Assembly: GCA_037447605.1 (NCBI GenBank) | Contig: CM074816.1 | Coordinates: 1,007,873-1,071,872, forward strand | Reading direction: 5' to 3' | Length of the DNA: 64,000 nucleotides | DNA from: Zygnema circumcarinatum SAG 698-1b | Lineage: Eukaryota; Plantae; Zygnematophyceae | In this document: positions 1 to 11,883 of the stretch, piece after piece | How the letters are laid out: each line of letters opens with the position of its first letter | How positions within the stretch are numbered: position 1 is the first letter of the stretch | Position numbers and translations under genes: made by a program | The notes under the pieces: generated by a model | Databases searched by the model: none | The model's input: only the letters and a program-made list of their open reading frames with translations | What the model was told of the DNA's origin: nothing

Positions 1-627
1 GGAGAGAGAGAGAGAGTTTCCAGAGTGGCGCAGTACTTCGTCGTGGGTGCAAATCAATGCCGGTATCGCTGGTTGGGTGACGCATAGCTACCCACGCCCC
101 TTACGCCTGGCCGAACTCCTACCAAACATGGAGGATTGGAAGTGGTGGTCGCCCAAAGGGTAAACCCGCCACGCGGTCCGCTCTACTTGAATGGGTCGAG
201 GAGTGTAACGTATTTAACGCCGCCGCGTTTCCCGGCTGGCGCTACAAGGCTGATGCGCGCCGCCGCCGGTGATGCTGGTGTGTGCACGGCTGGGAACCTT
301 ACGCTACGCCGCGCTGATCCCATCAGTCACCGTCCGGGTACCAACCGCGAATCCGCGATTGTACGACGCATCGTTACGCCCAAACGCAGCATGATGTGGT
401 CGGTTCGCGATACCTGGGTTCCAGATCGGCGCCATATATATATGTATCTCAGATAGGTCACAAGGCCACAGATCGGAACCCTGGGCGACCTTCTAGTGCT
501 CCGATCCTAAGACCTTCCTGTGCCCTAGGTGGTCCCCCGCCTTGACCACTGGCCCGCCTCGGGTGAGTACTAGGACGGAGTATGTCCTAAGTACACCTCC
601 CGTGGGTGACTGTAGCGTTTCGCTACA
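1..627 (-). mobile_element. Partial LTR of chromovirus family A (cut by window start), inserted into a family-B LTR
   Basis: Colinear similarity to LTR 59582-60288, including the identical terminus GTACACCTCCCGTGGGTGACTGTAGCGTTTCGCTACA. Confidence 0.85.
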
Positions 628-1363
628 CTAGCTACTTCTCCCCTTACTCACTACCTTGCGACACAAGCAGGGCAGCCCAGCAACACGAGCAGGCACAGAG
701 TAAGTCACGGGTATACAGTAGTCTAATGTGGTTATCCTACATAAACAAGCTAAACCCTATATACCGCCATGGCCGTGTTACGTGACATCTTCCTTGTTGA
801 CCGATGTCACCGCCACGTCAGCCCCTCATGCCTTCCTCAGCATCGGGTACACGCTCAACATCCAAAGATTGCGTCCTTCTCGTGAAACCTTACTTTCGGG
901 CCACACTCTGCTAGGGCTGCCCTGCATACTCCGCCAGCCATTCGAATCTTGTGAGAGCCGTCTGCTCGAAGCGCACTTCCGGGCCGCCCAGACAAGGTCA
1001 CGCCTGGGTGGCAAGACATGTTCGAGCCCCTCAAGGCTGCATAATATTTGGCGCCGCCCTCAAGCGACGAATCTCCTCGGCTGCCGATTCGCTGCCAAGT
1101 TACACGCCTTGTTCAAGGGTGGCTGCCGACTCGGTTCCCTCCGTGAAGCTGACCTCGCCACAGTCCATGGACCGCACTAAGGGTCTGACGCGGCTCCGCC
1201 GACATCACCGACATTCTCCGCGCCCGAAAAGCGTACGGGCCACCGACATCAAGCCCCGTAATATTTCCAAGGAGCGCTACTAGCAGTGTTCCCCAAACTG
1301 AGGACCACAACAATGTTAGTGTGAACCCATACAATGTCTAACTATAGCACACTAACACTAACA
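628..1363 (-). mobile_element. Fragment of copia-type LTR family B
   Basis: Similar to 63200-63901 and ends in the same CATACAATGTCTAACTA..ACACTAACA. No PPT follows, so it is a solo or 5' LTR. Confidence 0.75.
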
Positions 1364-1383
1364 GTGGCAACGTCAGACTCGCG

Positions 1384-1618
1384 GCAACTATACCCCATTT
1401 TCATTAAATTCATCATTCACAACCTAACCGAATCCGTACACCACATAAAACATCAAAATCGAACGCCGTCTTACGTAGAAAAAGACAGGTGGCAATGAAA
1501 CAATAAGTACGCAATATACCCCATTTTCTACGATTCGATCCAACTAAACGCACAACCAATCAGACGCCGACGGGTAACGCCGCACTCAAGCGCAACTATA
1601 CCCCATTTTCATTAAATT
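1384..1618. repeat. Three direct copies of GCAA(C)TATACCCCATTTTC
   Basis: Copies at 1384-1410, 1511-1528 and 1592-1618; the first and third share 27 identical nt. Confidence 0.8.
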
Positions 1619-2037
1619 AATCTTTCACAACATAATCGACCGCTTCCGCACGGATCAAAACGACAAGAAAAGCTTTTGCCTACGGCAACAAAAAAAAGAG
1701 AGTCGGGGAATAGAGCCAAATAGAGCCGTTGCACCAGACGCAGGATCGGACGACGCTTCGATGATCTAAACGACACGAACAACCGCACATCATCTTCCTG
1801 CTCTTCACCTCCTCCCCGACTTCCATTTCTTACACTCACTGCCTAGCCAGGCAAGAGTTGCTGGTGGTGCTTGCCGTTTTGTTCCGAAATCTACCATAAC
1901 CAACACTTATGTCGCTGCGGTTTCTCTGCCGTTCTGCTACTACAGCTACTGCTGCATTTCTTCCTACCAGAGAAACCGAAATGACCGACAAATAATGATT
2001 GGTGGAGGAGGAGGAGGAAAGAGGAAGNNNNNNNNNN

Positions 2038-5000
2038 GATGTAAAGGCTAGGATTATCGAGTATGATTGCAGGCTGAGGAGGATAAGAAAGGAAGGAAAA
2101 GGGAGGCAAGAGACAGCATTTGCAACCATGACTAGTGGAAACTATAGAGGTCGGGGAGGAGGACAGTCAAGCAGAGGAGGTCATGCAAACAGAGGAGGAT
2201 ACGTGAGCAGCAGAGGAGGATATGAACCGAGAGGTGGACACAACAACAGAGGTGGATTCAGAGGTAGAGGTGGAGGTTTTCAAGGAGGAAACTTTCCTAG
2301 TTACAGAGGAAGAGGAGCAAGAACAGGATTCAATTCGTTTGACAACGGTGGAAGGTTTTCAGAAATCACCTGCTATACATGTGGCGGAAACGGCCACACA
2401 TCAAGAGACTGCCGTGCTGGAGGAGGCAGAGGAGTTGGAGCTTATGGAGGCAGTCCTCAAAATCGCAACAACCAAGGAAATACAACGTTCAGAGGTAGTT
2501 GCTATACCTGTGGCCAACCAGGACATTCAGCAAGGAACTGTATGAGTAGAAGTACCGCAAATTTCGCAACTACTGAACAGACCGAAGGATACGCCACAAG
2601 CTTTAGAGTCTCTTCAGTCAATCACCTTTCCATTAAGAGATCAGACTGGATTATAGATTCAGGAGCAAGTGCTCATATTTGTACAGAGAAGGAGATGTTT
2701 GAAGAGATACATACTCTGAATGTGCCTATCACTGTTCAGACAGCAAGCGGACAAAGGTTCAGTGTGACAGAGAGTGGAAGAGTGAGATTGATTCTAAAAA
2801 CAAAGGAAGGGAATGTAGAAACAGTTCTCACAGATGTTCTGTACTCTCCACAAATGATCCACAATCTTTACTCAGTCTGCTATATGCTTGATCAAGGGGT
2901 AGTGACACTATTTGACATAGGAGGGATTCAGATGAGAGAAAGGAGCACATGGAATCTAGTTGGAGAAGGATTCAGACAAGGACAGACTGCGTTCTTGAAG
3001 TGGGAGAAACCCAAATCTCTACCAGTGACTGCAAATCAAGTGGATGTGGAGAAGAATCTGGAGAAGTGGCACAAGAGATTAGGACATCTCAGCTACTGGG
3101 GAATGAAAAGCATGGTAGAGAAGAATTCAGTGATTGGAATTGAGGAGATGAGAGGAGACTGGAGTCCCAAGATGTCATGTGAAGACTGCTTGAAGTGCAA
3201 GTCTCACAAACTACCGCACAAGACCCATGGAGAAAGGAAGTACCGAGCAACGAGGAAGTTGGAGCTGGTTCACTCTGACATTTGTGGCCCAATTTCACCT
3301 GCAAGCAAGAGCGGTGCAGAATATTTCATCACCTTCATGGATGATTATTCCCGTAAGTGTTGGGTAGCATTTCTTAAGAGGAAATCTGCAGCGCTAGATT
3401 GCTTTAAGCATTGGCAGCGAGTGGTGGAGACAGAAACAGGGGAGAAAATTGCAGCTTTGAGGACAGATAATGGAGGAGAGTTTACCTCAAATGCATTTAT
3501 GCAACATTGTAAGGACGCAGGGATAAAAAGGCAATTTACTGCACCTCACTGTCCTGGAAGCAATGGTGCAGCAGAAAGATTGAATCGCACTTTGGTGGAA
3601 ATGGCACGATCAATGCTTCATGGTTCCAATCTGCATTTGAGTTTTTGGGCAGAGGCCATCAATGCAGCGATTCATGTGAGAAATCGATGTCCCACATCAG
3701 CCTTGAATGATGGCAAGGTTCCAGACGAGCTTTGGCCCGGGTCCAAGCCCACAATTTCTCACTTACGTGTGTGGGGGTCCAAATGCTTTGTCAATATTCC
3801 ACATGCTCAGAGGAGAGGGAAGATGAATCCTACCGCATGGACAGGATGGCTGGTTGGATATGATCATGAGAGTTTGACCTACAGGATTTGGGATGCTCAG
3901 AATAATGCAGTCAGGCGTAGCAGGGATGTTCAATTCGTGGAGAAAGGAGAAGTCACCAGAAATGACATGGACTCATGGAGTGTAGAGGGGTTAAGTGAAG
4001 AAGTGCAGGATGAGGAGAGCGCTAAGGAAGACCCAAGCCCCACAATTTTGCATGAAAGGGATGCTGAACCAAGAGATGATTTGGAGTCAAGGTTGGAAGA
4101 ATCAGAATCACCTGAAGAATTGTCAAGAGAGGAGATTCCTACCTTGAGGCGAAGTGCACGCATAGCAGAGCGGGAGGCGTTCACACCATCAGAAAATGAT
4201 CGCCCAAGGAACTTTCGAAGGGCAGCAGAATCACTGGATGCGCTCACAAGGATTCCTAGAGATACAGATAATTTTGCCTACGTTGCAGCCTGCACACGAG
4301 CAAAACCAGATGAGCCACAATCATTTCAGGAGGCCATTGAAGGACCAGATAAAGAGAAATGGAAGCAAGCTATCAAGGATGAGTTGCAGAGCTTCAAGGA
4401 AAATGACACGTGGTCGTTGGAGGAGTTGCCAAGTGGGAGAAACGCAATCGGATGCAAGTGGACTTTCAAAATCAAGCGCAAGGCAGATGGATCGATTGAA
4501 AGGTACAAGGCAAGACTGGTAGCTAAAGGATATTCACAGACAGAAGGCATAGATTACCAGGAGACTTTTGCTCCAGTTGTGAAATTCAATTCTCTAAGAT
4601 CGTTAGTAGCTATTGCAGCAGCTGAATCGATGCATATTCATCAAATGGATGTAAAGACAGCTTTCTTAAATGGAGAATTAACTGAGGAGATTTACATGGA
4701 GATGCCAGAGGGAGTGATGAAAGTACCAGGAAAAGTCTGCAAGCTACATCGGACAATTTATGGACTTAAGCAAGCACCTCGAGCCTGGAATAAGAAGTTG
4801 GATGACGTAATGCAGAAGAATGGATACAGACAATTCAAAACAGACCCTTCAGTCTACATCAAAGGAGAAGGAGAGGAACGGATCTTCATTGGAATTTATG
4901 TAGACGACATTATTATTGTCAGCAAGTCTACAACAAGCATTGCAGCACTGAAGGAGATGCTTCAACGAAATTTCAAAATGTCAGACATTGGAGAGGCGAA

Positions 5001-5856
5001 CTTTTTACTTGGAATTCAGATTAAGAGGGGGTAGAATGGTAAGATTTTACTCACCCAGGAGCAGTATGCAAAAGATGTCTTGGAGAAGTTCCAAATGCAG
5101 GATGCCCATCCGTGTTCCTCACCGATGGATCCCAGTGCAAAGCTATCAGCAGCTGATTGCCCTAAGACCAAAGAAGAAGAGGTGGAGATGCAGCGAGTGC
5201 CTTATCGACAGGCCATTGGGAGCCTAATGTACCTCACCACAGGTACCAGACCTGACCTTGCAAAAGCAGTCAGCAATGTGAGTCGTTTTCTGAATAATCC
5301 TGGAGTCGCACATTGGGAGGCAGTGAAGAGAATTTTTCGCTATGTGAAGGGGACGGCAGAGTACGGACTATCATTCAGCGCTGGTGAGTCTATTCAGGTG
5401 TACGGATATTCAGATGCCGACTGGGGAGGAGACATTGATACTGGTAGGTCCACGTCCGGATATGTGTTTATGTGTGGAGGAGGATGTATCACATGGAATT
5501 CGAAGTTACAGGAGACAGTTGCGCTGTCCAGTACTGAGTCAGAGTACATGGCAGCTTGTCACGCGGCAAAGGAGGCGATATGGCTTAAGATGTTTTTTCA
5601 GGAGTGTGGATATGCACAAGATCCAATTTTGATCTTGATCGACAATAAATCAGCGATTGCACTCACAGAGAATCCCGTCAACCACAAGAGGTCAAAACAC
5701 ATTGATCTCTATTATCACTTTATAAGGGAGCAGGTCAAGAAGAAGAAGATCAGAGTGGAATTCGTACGGACGACGGAACAGGCGGCAGATATGATGACAA
5801 AAGGAGTATCTGGAGCAATTCTTCGCACATGTGTTCAACTGATAGGAATGATGTAG
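2038..5856 (+). pseudogene. pol: Copia Gag-Pol polyprotein with one in-frame TAG (5032-5034)
   Basis: RGG-rich segment, two CCHC knuckles (CYTCGGNGHTSRDC, CYTCGQPGHSARNC), protease DSGAS, HHCC plus rve integrase, RT (QMDVKTAFL, YVDD), RNase H (YSDADWGG). ORFs 1999-5034 and 5080-5856 share a frame. Confidence 0.92.
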
Positions 5857-5880
5857 CGATTGCACGGATCAGAGGGGGAT

Positions 5881-6279
5881 TGTTGAGATCCGTACAATCG
5901 TACAGTGAGTCGTACGGAACGTTTGTTCGGATATTGTGTACGGAATTGTACGAGCTGCGTAACACGTGTTGAGTGCTTAGGAAGTAGTGTGAATCCCAAG
6001 ACCTTTGATCGTATGGTTTGTGTTGTTCATCATGTTATGCATTTTGGCGGCGAGGTTTTAGGAAGGACAGATATAAGACTCGTGTTTTGTGTGTCTTTGT
6101 TAACTTGAGCTTTGAGGAAAGCATAGGATGCTGAGCTCTTGTTAAGTTTTGGAATAAAGCTTTTGCGGATATATGTTCTACTCCTTGGATGCTTGAGATT
6201 GTTGAACATGTCTAAGAAAGGAAAGGCCCACAAAGCTGAGATGGATGATAGTGAGAGAGACAAAGGCTCCAGTTCTACA
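5881..6279 (+). repeat. 3' LTR of the copia element (399 bp)
   Basis: TG...CA ends, follows the PPT, homologous to 15951-16326 and 12757-13097. Confidence 0.9.
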
Positions 6280-6384
6280 AGGAGGAGGAAGGAACATGGA
6301 GTGTGGTGAAAGGGAGAATGGTGGAAGGGCGAAGGAAGAAGTTGAAGAGGGTGTTGAGGAAGGATGGAGGCTACTAACTAACAT

Positions 6385-6740
<356 letters not shown>

Positions 6741-6807
6741 GTCGGCCAGTCGTTCCGACGTCGTCGGAACGTCGTCGACGTCACCGTACCGGCACGAAAC
6801 GGCTCTA

Positions 6808-6850
6808 CAGTAGGGGGTCCTCATATTTTCCACCCTGGTTCCGGGCAAAA
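6808..6850 (+). mobile_element. Truncated left end of a TA-targeting MITE related to 12164-12750
   Basis: TA|CAGTAGGGGGTCCTCATATTTTCCACC resembles the TIR CAGTAGGACCCCGTCATATTTTCCACC. Confidence 0.6.
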
Positions 6851-7752
6851 TAGGGCGTGTCAGACTTAAAAAATTCTCGTAATACTAAAAACTCGATATT
6901 CGTAACATTTCGAGTCAACGTCAGTAAAACTAAAATTCCCGAGCCTAGTTTTTCGCACTCGCGGCGCGGTCCTGTTCGCACTCCGCGATCGCCGTCTTCG
7001 CACTTCTCCAAACGCCGTCTTCGCAACTTCGCCCTCGCGCGGGGCCCTCAGACTTAGAAACAGCGCCGGCGCGGCGCGCGGAGACCGCTTGTCGGTGTGT
7101 CGTGTTGCGCGTCACGTCGCTGCGCGCCGCCACCATCTCCTCCTCCTCCTCCTCCTCCTCCTCCTCCTTCTCCTCCTCCTCCTCCTCCTCCTCCTCCTCC
7201 TGCTGCTGCCGCCCCGACTTAAGCCGAGGGTCTTGTTCACGCTTGCCCGCTGTCCCTTGTCAGCGCCCAACTCGATCGGGCGAACAACTTCTTGTGGCCG
7301 CTTCCCAGTCCCCACACGCTCCCTTTGCTCCAGGTACTCCCGCCTGCCCCCCTGCTCCCTGTCCCTGTATGCCTGCCTACTTGCCCGCTTGCCGGCCTGC
7401 ACCCTTGCCTAGCTACCCCCCCTTGCCCGCTGCCCCCCCTCCCTGCCCCCTTGCCCCACTCCCTACCCCTTACCTTGCCCCCTTGCCCCACTCCCTACCC
7501 CTTACCTTGCCCCCTTGCCGGCCTGCCCCCTTTCCTATGTACCCCCCTTTGCCCGCTGCCCCATTCCGTGCCCCCTTGCCCCACTCCCTGCCCCCTTTTC
7601 CCACCGCCTGCCCCTTTCCTTGCCCCTTCCCCGCCCCCTTGCCGGCCTGCCCCCTTGTCTGCCTACCATCTTACTACCTTTTTTGTTTCCTTTTCTTTTT
7701 TTTTATCCTTTCCTGCAGCATTCAAAGCTGCATTCGAAACATTGCCATCATT

Positions 7753-8140
7753 ATGCCTCGACAGTCAGATAGAAATCGCATACTTGCAGTTTTAGAGGGC
7801 TTAATTGCATTTGCTTATTTTTATGAGGATGAAGAAGAAGCAGATTCTTCTGACGACGAAACAGAAGCAGAAGAATTGATGGATTTGTATCAGCAAGTAA
7901 TATCTTCACGCTATTTTTATGAGCGTTTTTTTTATTTAAATGGGTCCAAATGGAGTGAAAAAAGGGGTGCATATGGGGCATAAATGGGCTTTAAGGGGGT
8001 TGCTATCTGAATATAGCAAGGTGGCTAAATTTTTCCTTTAAATTTGGAATTTTTTCTTAACGTCGTTTTTTATTTCTGCAGGTTCTTGGATCGAGCGTGA
8101 AAATGGAAGTGGAGATTCCATCGGACTAAAAGTGTTCAAA
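7753..8140 (+). pseudogene. N-terminal fragment of a putative PIF/Harbinger-type transposase
   Basis: MPRQSDRNRILAVLE...EDEEEADSSDDE...ELMDLYQQVISSRYFYER resembles N-termini of Harbinger (DDE_Tnp_4) transposases as I recall them. No catalytic DDE region is visible. Confidence 0.45.
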
Positions 8141-9060
8141 ATTTCAGGGCAGAAAAATAGTAAAAAAAAACGGTGGCGAAATATTGTTGAACGGGTGAAA
8201 TAGTTTGGTTTTTTTTAAATTCTTGTTTTGTTGACTAGAGAAGGTCGGAATTAGGAGAACAAGTATGGGTACGAAGTTTAAGGGCTTAGGGTTTAGGGAG
8301 AGGGAGAGAGGAAGAAAGGGAGGGAGAGACAGAGTGAGAGGAAGATAGGGAGTGGGACAAGGGGTTAAGAAGGAAGTTGAAAGGGAGGGGTAGGGGGGAG
8401 CGAGAGAGAGAGGGGGGGAGAGAGAGAGAGAGAGAACGTGAACTGTGTATACATAGTTAAGAGAGGCCGAGTGGCTAAAAGTGATAATATTTAGTTTGAA
8501 CTCAGATAAAAATAAAAATTCAACAGATTGACATCCGGCACTGGCCGTACTTTGTTGGAGCATGTCATCGGAATTCACATCTCGGCATAAAAGTAAACAT
8601 TTGGAATAACGAGTGGTGGAATACTGCACACGTCGCATAAGTGGGTGACATCGAACCTCACCAACAAGCCAACCCACCGTCCATCACCTTAGAATTGNNN
8701 NNNNNNNTGGGAGAGGGAGGGAGAGGGTGGGGGGGAAGGGAGGGGGAGGGGAAGGAGGGAGTGGGTGAGGGGGAAGGGAGAGGGTGGGGGGAAAGGGAGA
8801 GAGTGGCGGAGGGAGAGGGTGAGGGGGGAGGGAGGGAGTGGGGAGCGAGGGAAAGGGTGGGGTGGAAGGGAGAGAGATGCGGTGGGGGGGGGAGCGAGGG
8901 GATGGGGGTTGTGAGGAGGGAGGGAGGGTGTGGGGGGAGAGAGATGGGGTGGGTGGGGGAGGGAGGGGGTGGGGGGGGAGGGAGGGAGAGAGATGGGCAG
9001 GTGAAAGAAAAAGGAATAAAAGAACAACAAAAAGACTACAGTTTCCAAGACAATTTTTTT

Positions 9061-9348
9061 TCAAGTAACCACCTCGACCTCCGCCTTCTCATGCTCAAAA
9101 CTAGGCTCTGAAACATCCCCTCCCTCATGGAACGGCTGTTCCGTATGGTCTAACTGACGTAGAGCCTCATAGATCCCCACACTCGTAGCCACGGCCAGAT
9201 TCAATGAACGGACGTGCGTTTCTATGATCGGAATTCGGGCGATTCCGCCCGCATGGAAACCGTTGGAGCACTGCTCCAAAGCTTCTTTGGGGAGACCAGT
9301 GGTTTCAGAACCGAAAAGGAGCCAATCGCCAGGGCGGTAGCGGAGAGT
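9061..9348 (-). CDS. trmL: TrmL/SpoU tRNA (cytidine/uridine-34 2'-O)-methyltransferase, last exon
   Basis: Acceptor cccacgcag|ACT; translates YRPGDWLLFGSETTGLP...RIPIIETHVRSLNLAVATSVGIYEALRQL, the SPOUT knot motifs; stop at 9061-9063. Confidence 0.92.
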   Translation of the reverse strand, partial: TLRYRPGDWLLFGSETTGLPKEALEQCSNGFHAGGIARIPIIETHVRSLNLAVATSVGIYEALRQLDHTEQPFHEGGDVSEPSFEHEKAEVEVVT

Positions 9349-10146
9349 CTGCGTGGGAGAGAGTAGGGAGAGGAGGGAGAGGAGGGAGAGGAGAGAGAGG
9401 AGGTAGAGGAGAGAGAGTAGGGAAAGGAGGTAGAGGAGGGAGAGGAGGCACAGAAGGGAGAGGTTATTAGAGGAAGAGGGCGGGAGTGGGAGTGGGAGTG
9501 GGAGTGGGGAAAGGGGAGGGAGGTGGGGGAGGAAGGGAGAGAACGAATATGGAGTCAGGGGATTGAGGGGGAGGGAGAGGGGAGGGAGAGAGAGAGAGAG
9601 AGCGGGAGCGGGGGGGAGGGAGGAAGGGGGGTGAAAGGGAGGGAGTGGAAAAGGAGAAACGGAGGGTGGGGGGAATGGGAGGGAGGGGGAGTGGGAGAGG
9701 GCGAGGGAGAGAGGGAGTGGGAGGGGGGAAGGGGAGGGAGTGGGAGTGGGGGGCGGAGGAGGGGGGAGTGGAAGGGGGACGCGGGGAGACGAGAATGAAT
9801 TTTAGGGGGAGGGGAGTGAGAGGAGGGAGAGAGAGTGCGAGAGGGGGATGGGAGAGGAAGGGGGGTGAAAGCGAAAGAGTGGGAAAGGAGAAACGGAGGG
9901 TGAGGGGGAGGGGGAGAAGGGGAATGGGACGAGTGGGAGAGAGTGGGAGTGGGGGGGGGGGGGAATGGGAGGGGGGGAGGCGAAGGGGAAAATGATTGAT
10001 GGGGAGGGGAGGGGAGGGAGAGGGAAAGTCAGGGAGGGGGAAGAGAGCAGCGGACGAGAGGGAGAGGGAGAGGAGAAAGGGAAGGTGAGCGAGAGGGGAG
10101 GGGGTGGTAGAGGAATAGGAGGGGAAGGAGGGAGAGGGAGACGCAC

Positions 10147-10200
10147 CCAATGAACTTGACTGCCTCTCTTTGAAAATGCAATGAGTCGTTTTGGCTCCTC
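10147..10200 (-). CDS. trmL: TrmL internal exon
   Basis: tgcag|EEPKRLIAFSKRGSQVHW|gtgcgt; phase 0/0; joins in frame to 9348. Confidence 0.85.
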
Positions 10201-10726
10201 CTGCAATCGTGGAGAGAAGGGAAAGCGAACATTGTACAATCAGTGATGTGAGGAATCGCAGGTGAGGGAGGGAGGGAGGGAGGTAGGAGAGGCAGAGAGG
10301 GGGAGAAACAGGAGGGAGGGAACGGGTAGGGGAGGGAGGGTAGGAGAGAGGGAGGGAGGGTCGGAGTGAGGGAGGGAGCGGGGGAGGGGGAGAGAGGGTG
10401 GGAATGGGTAGGGTTGGGAGGGATGGAGGGGAGGAGAGGGGCGGAGAAGGGAGGGGGAGGGAGGGAGGGAGTGGGAGAGGGGGGGGAGGGCGAGGAGAGA
10501 GAGAAAGAGGGGGGGGGAGGGAGAGGAGAGAGAGAGGGGGGGGAGGGAGAGGAGGGAGAGAGGAGAGGCAGAGAGGGGAGGGGAAAAAGCAAAATCAGGA
10601 CGGAAATACAGACATTTTGAAGATAAAAGGGCAGGGATAGGAGTGATGCAGACATCAACAGAGAAGTGACGGAGAGAGTGAGCGGGAGAGAGTGGGAGAG
10701 AGAGTGGGAGAGAGTGCTCTTCGAAT

Positions 10727-10796
10727 GGAACTGCCTGGGAATTGAACCCAGATTTCTTGCCAGAGGCAAGTGCCCTCCCAGTTGGACGAGCAGCAC
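10727..10796 (-). ncRNA. tRNA-like sequence (pseudo-tRNA or SINE head) in a trmL intron
   Basis: Acceptor GTGCTGC/GCAGTTC, D arm GTCC/GGGC, stem CTTGC/GCAAG with only a 5-nt loop, T arm CTGGG-TTCAATT-CCCAG; A- and B-box-like motifs. Confidence 0.6.
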
Positions 10797-11302
10797 TTTT
10801 TTACTCCCTCTCCTCCTAATTTGACAAAAGTTTTTATTGCCATTATAATTTTCTTTTCGCACAGGTCCATGAATGAATTACCTAACCCTCCCTTTCCATC
10901 TCCCTCATTTTCCTCTCTCCCAATTCCCTCCTTCACTCTCCCCCTCCCTTTCCCTCTCGCCCACACTTCATTTCTCCCTCTCTCGTCCTCTTCCTCACTC
11001 CCTCGCACCTCTCCTCTCACCCTCCATCAGTCACTCTCTCTTGCCTCCCTCCCCCTCTCCCTCCCTTTCCCACTCCCTCATACTTTCCTTCTCTCTTCCT
11101 CCATCCCTTCCTCTCCCCTCTCCCTCACTCCTCCCTCTTCTCTCTCCCTGCGTCCCTCCCTCTCTCCCCTTGACTGTCCTACACTCTCTTTCTGTCTCAC
11201 CTCTTTTCTCCCACTACCCTTCTCCCTCTCTCCTCTCTCGTCCCTCCTCTTTCCGGCCTCTTCCATCCTCTCTCTCTCTCTGTCTCTCTCCCTCTCACTC
11301 AC

Positions 11303-11371
11303 CTCCACAAGGTGCAGCCCCACCGATGTCGCCGCACATGTCCGCGCAATCGACCCAACGTTGCCGGGAAT
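11303..11371 (-). CDS. trmL: TrmL exon (SpoU motif 1)
   Basis: tgcag|IPGNVGSIARTCAATSVGLHLVE|gtgagt; phase 0/0. Confidence 0.9.
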
Positions 11372-11679
11372 CTGCAATTAACTCAGAACATTATTAAAAA
11401 AACCACAAAAAATGAAGTATTTCAGAAGTTAAAAGATAAATTTCAAGTGTACGACTCAACTCCCAGATGCAAAATAACCTTGAACCCAAAGAAAACGATC
11501 GCTAAAGATAACGCAGAAATAGTAGGGTCAATCAGACAAATCTGAGCAATTCTATACAATTTTTTCAGCAATTTTTATGAAGGTATTAAAGAACTTAATG
11601 AGATTTCAAGAGAAAGCAANNNNNNNNNNGGAAAGGCAAGGAAAGGCAAGGAAAGGAAAGGCAAGGAACGAGGGAGTAC

Positions 11680-11883
11680 CTCTAGCAAAGTTAGCGCGTG
11701 AAGCGCAGCCACACGTCGGTTTCGAGTCCCTCCGGAAGGGAGGGAAGGGCGCAGGCAGGTGGCGTCAGGCACAGAACCTCGGGCCATGGCGGGCGGCCGG
11801 ATGAGGGGGAGGGGAAGGTTGTTGGGGGGTGGCTCGACGACAAGAGAGGGACCCGGCGCGCGGGCGGACGGGAAAACAACCAT
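11680..11883 (-). CDS. Putative first trmL exon (transit-peptide-like)
   Basis: ATG at 11883; Ser/Pro/Arg/Ala-rich 68 codons; donor GAG|GTACTC. Linkage to trmL crosses the gap at 11620-11629. Confidence 0.4.

Larger units (their letters stand above)
2038..6279 (+). mobile_element. Ty1/copia retrotransposon (5' LTR and gag start lost at the gap)
   Basis: Domain order gag-PR-IN-RT-RH; PPT AGAGGGGGA at 5871-5879; 3' LTR TGTTGAG...TTCTACA at 5881-6279. Confidence 0.95.
8290..11300. repeat. Long homopurine/homopyrimidine low-complexity tracts (mostly trmL introns)
   Basis: GA/GGA-rich plus strand over most of 8290-10700; CT-rich over 10880-11300. Confidence 0.9.

Noticed and set aside
8525-8650. 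RHWPYFVGACH as the missing TrmL DYWPY exon
   Set aside because: Wrong strand and downstream of the stop. Another frame weakly resembles Harbinger (VVEYCTRRI), but too weakly to call.
7089-11400. Numerous Pro/Leu/Ser- or Gly/Glu/Arg-rich ORFs
   Set aside because: Products of low-complexity purine/pyrimidine tracts; only the trmL exons and the 7753 ORF carry real motifs.
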